Positions 12,751-12,867 of a stretch of DNA of 12,867 bases are shown here, piece by piece; positions within the stretch are counted from its first letter, which is position 1, and every line of letters begins with the position of its first letter. A program made the translations under genes and the position numbers. This DNA is from a virus: the UHGV virus genome UHGV-1325408; one strand, given 5' to 3'. Under the pieces are notes generated by a model. That model saw nothing but the letters and a program-made list of their open reading frames with translations. It did no database searches and was not told the DNA's origin.

Positions 12751-12867
12751 CCCCAAGGCTTGCCTAATACGATCAATATCGTATACAGCCTCGTTAGAGC
12801 CGATATGGCGAATGACTTCGGCTCCGGTATTATGGATACAGGCATTAATTTTATTTAATACTTGTTG
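12751..12867. other. Unassigned lower-GC segment abutting the inverted lambda block; possible 3' end of a - strand gene whose body lies beyond the window
   Basis: I counted 49 G+C in 117 nt (about 42%), versus the visibly GC-richer lambda structural genes. It is stop-free on the - strand in the frame reading QQVLNKINACIHNTGAEVIRHIGSNEAVYDIDRIRQALG, and does not continue the gpH sequence expected here. Confidence 0.4.

Noticed and set aside
12262-12767. Plus-strand ORFs 12262..12696 (144 aa) and 12354..12767 (137 aa)
   Set aside because: Antisense to the inverted M gene and H C-terminal fragment; Arg/Pro-rich translations with no recognisable similarity.

Overview
This window is the late morphogenesis (head and tail) module of bacteriophage lambda or a near-identical lambdoid phage, read 5'->3' on the + strand in the canonical order A-W-B-C/Nu3-D-E-FI-FII-Z-U-V-G/T-H. 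I recognise these products from their translated sequences, for example MSMYTTAQLLAANEKKF (major capsid E), [22 protein letters not shown] (decoration D), [24 protein letters not shown] (major tail V) and MAEPVGDLVVDLSLDAARFDEQ (tape measure H). The head genes and tail genes Z to G-T look intact. I see no undescribed biological system here; what is unusual is structural damage to an otherwise textbook module. There are three rearrangement junctions. First, bases 1-128 are an exact copy of 967-1094 and join in frame at 128/129, consistent with a tandem in-frame duplication inside the terminase large-subunit gene. Second, tape measure gene H breaks at about 11915 after roughly 710 codons, and the next ~830 bp is lambda DNA in inverted orientation (L N-terminus, complete M, and the last 45 codons of H, all on the - strand). 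About 98 codons of H are absent from the window. Third, at 12750/12751 the sequence switches to lower-GC DNA that I cannot assign to the tail module. These could reflect a decayed or defective prophage, an engineered construct, or an assembly chimera; I cannot distinguish these from sequence alone. No tRNA, CRISPR, integrase, att site or cos site is present in the window.
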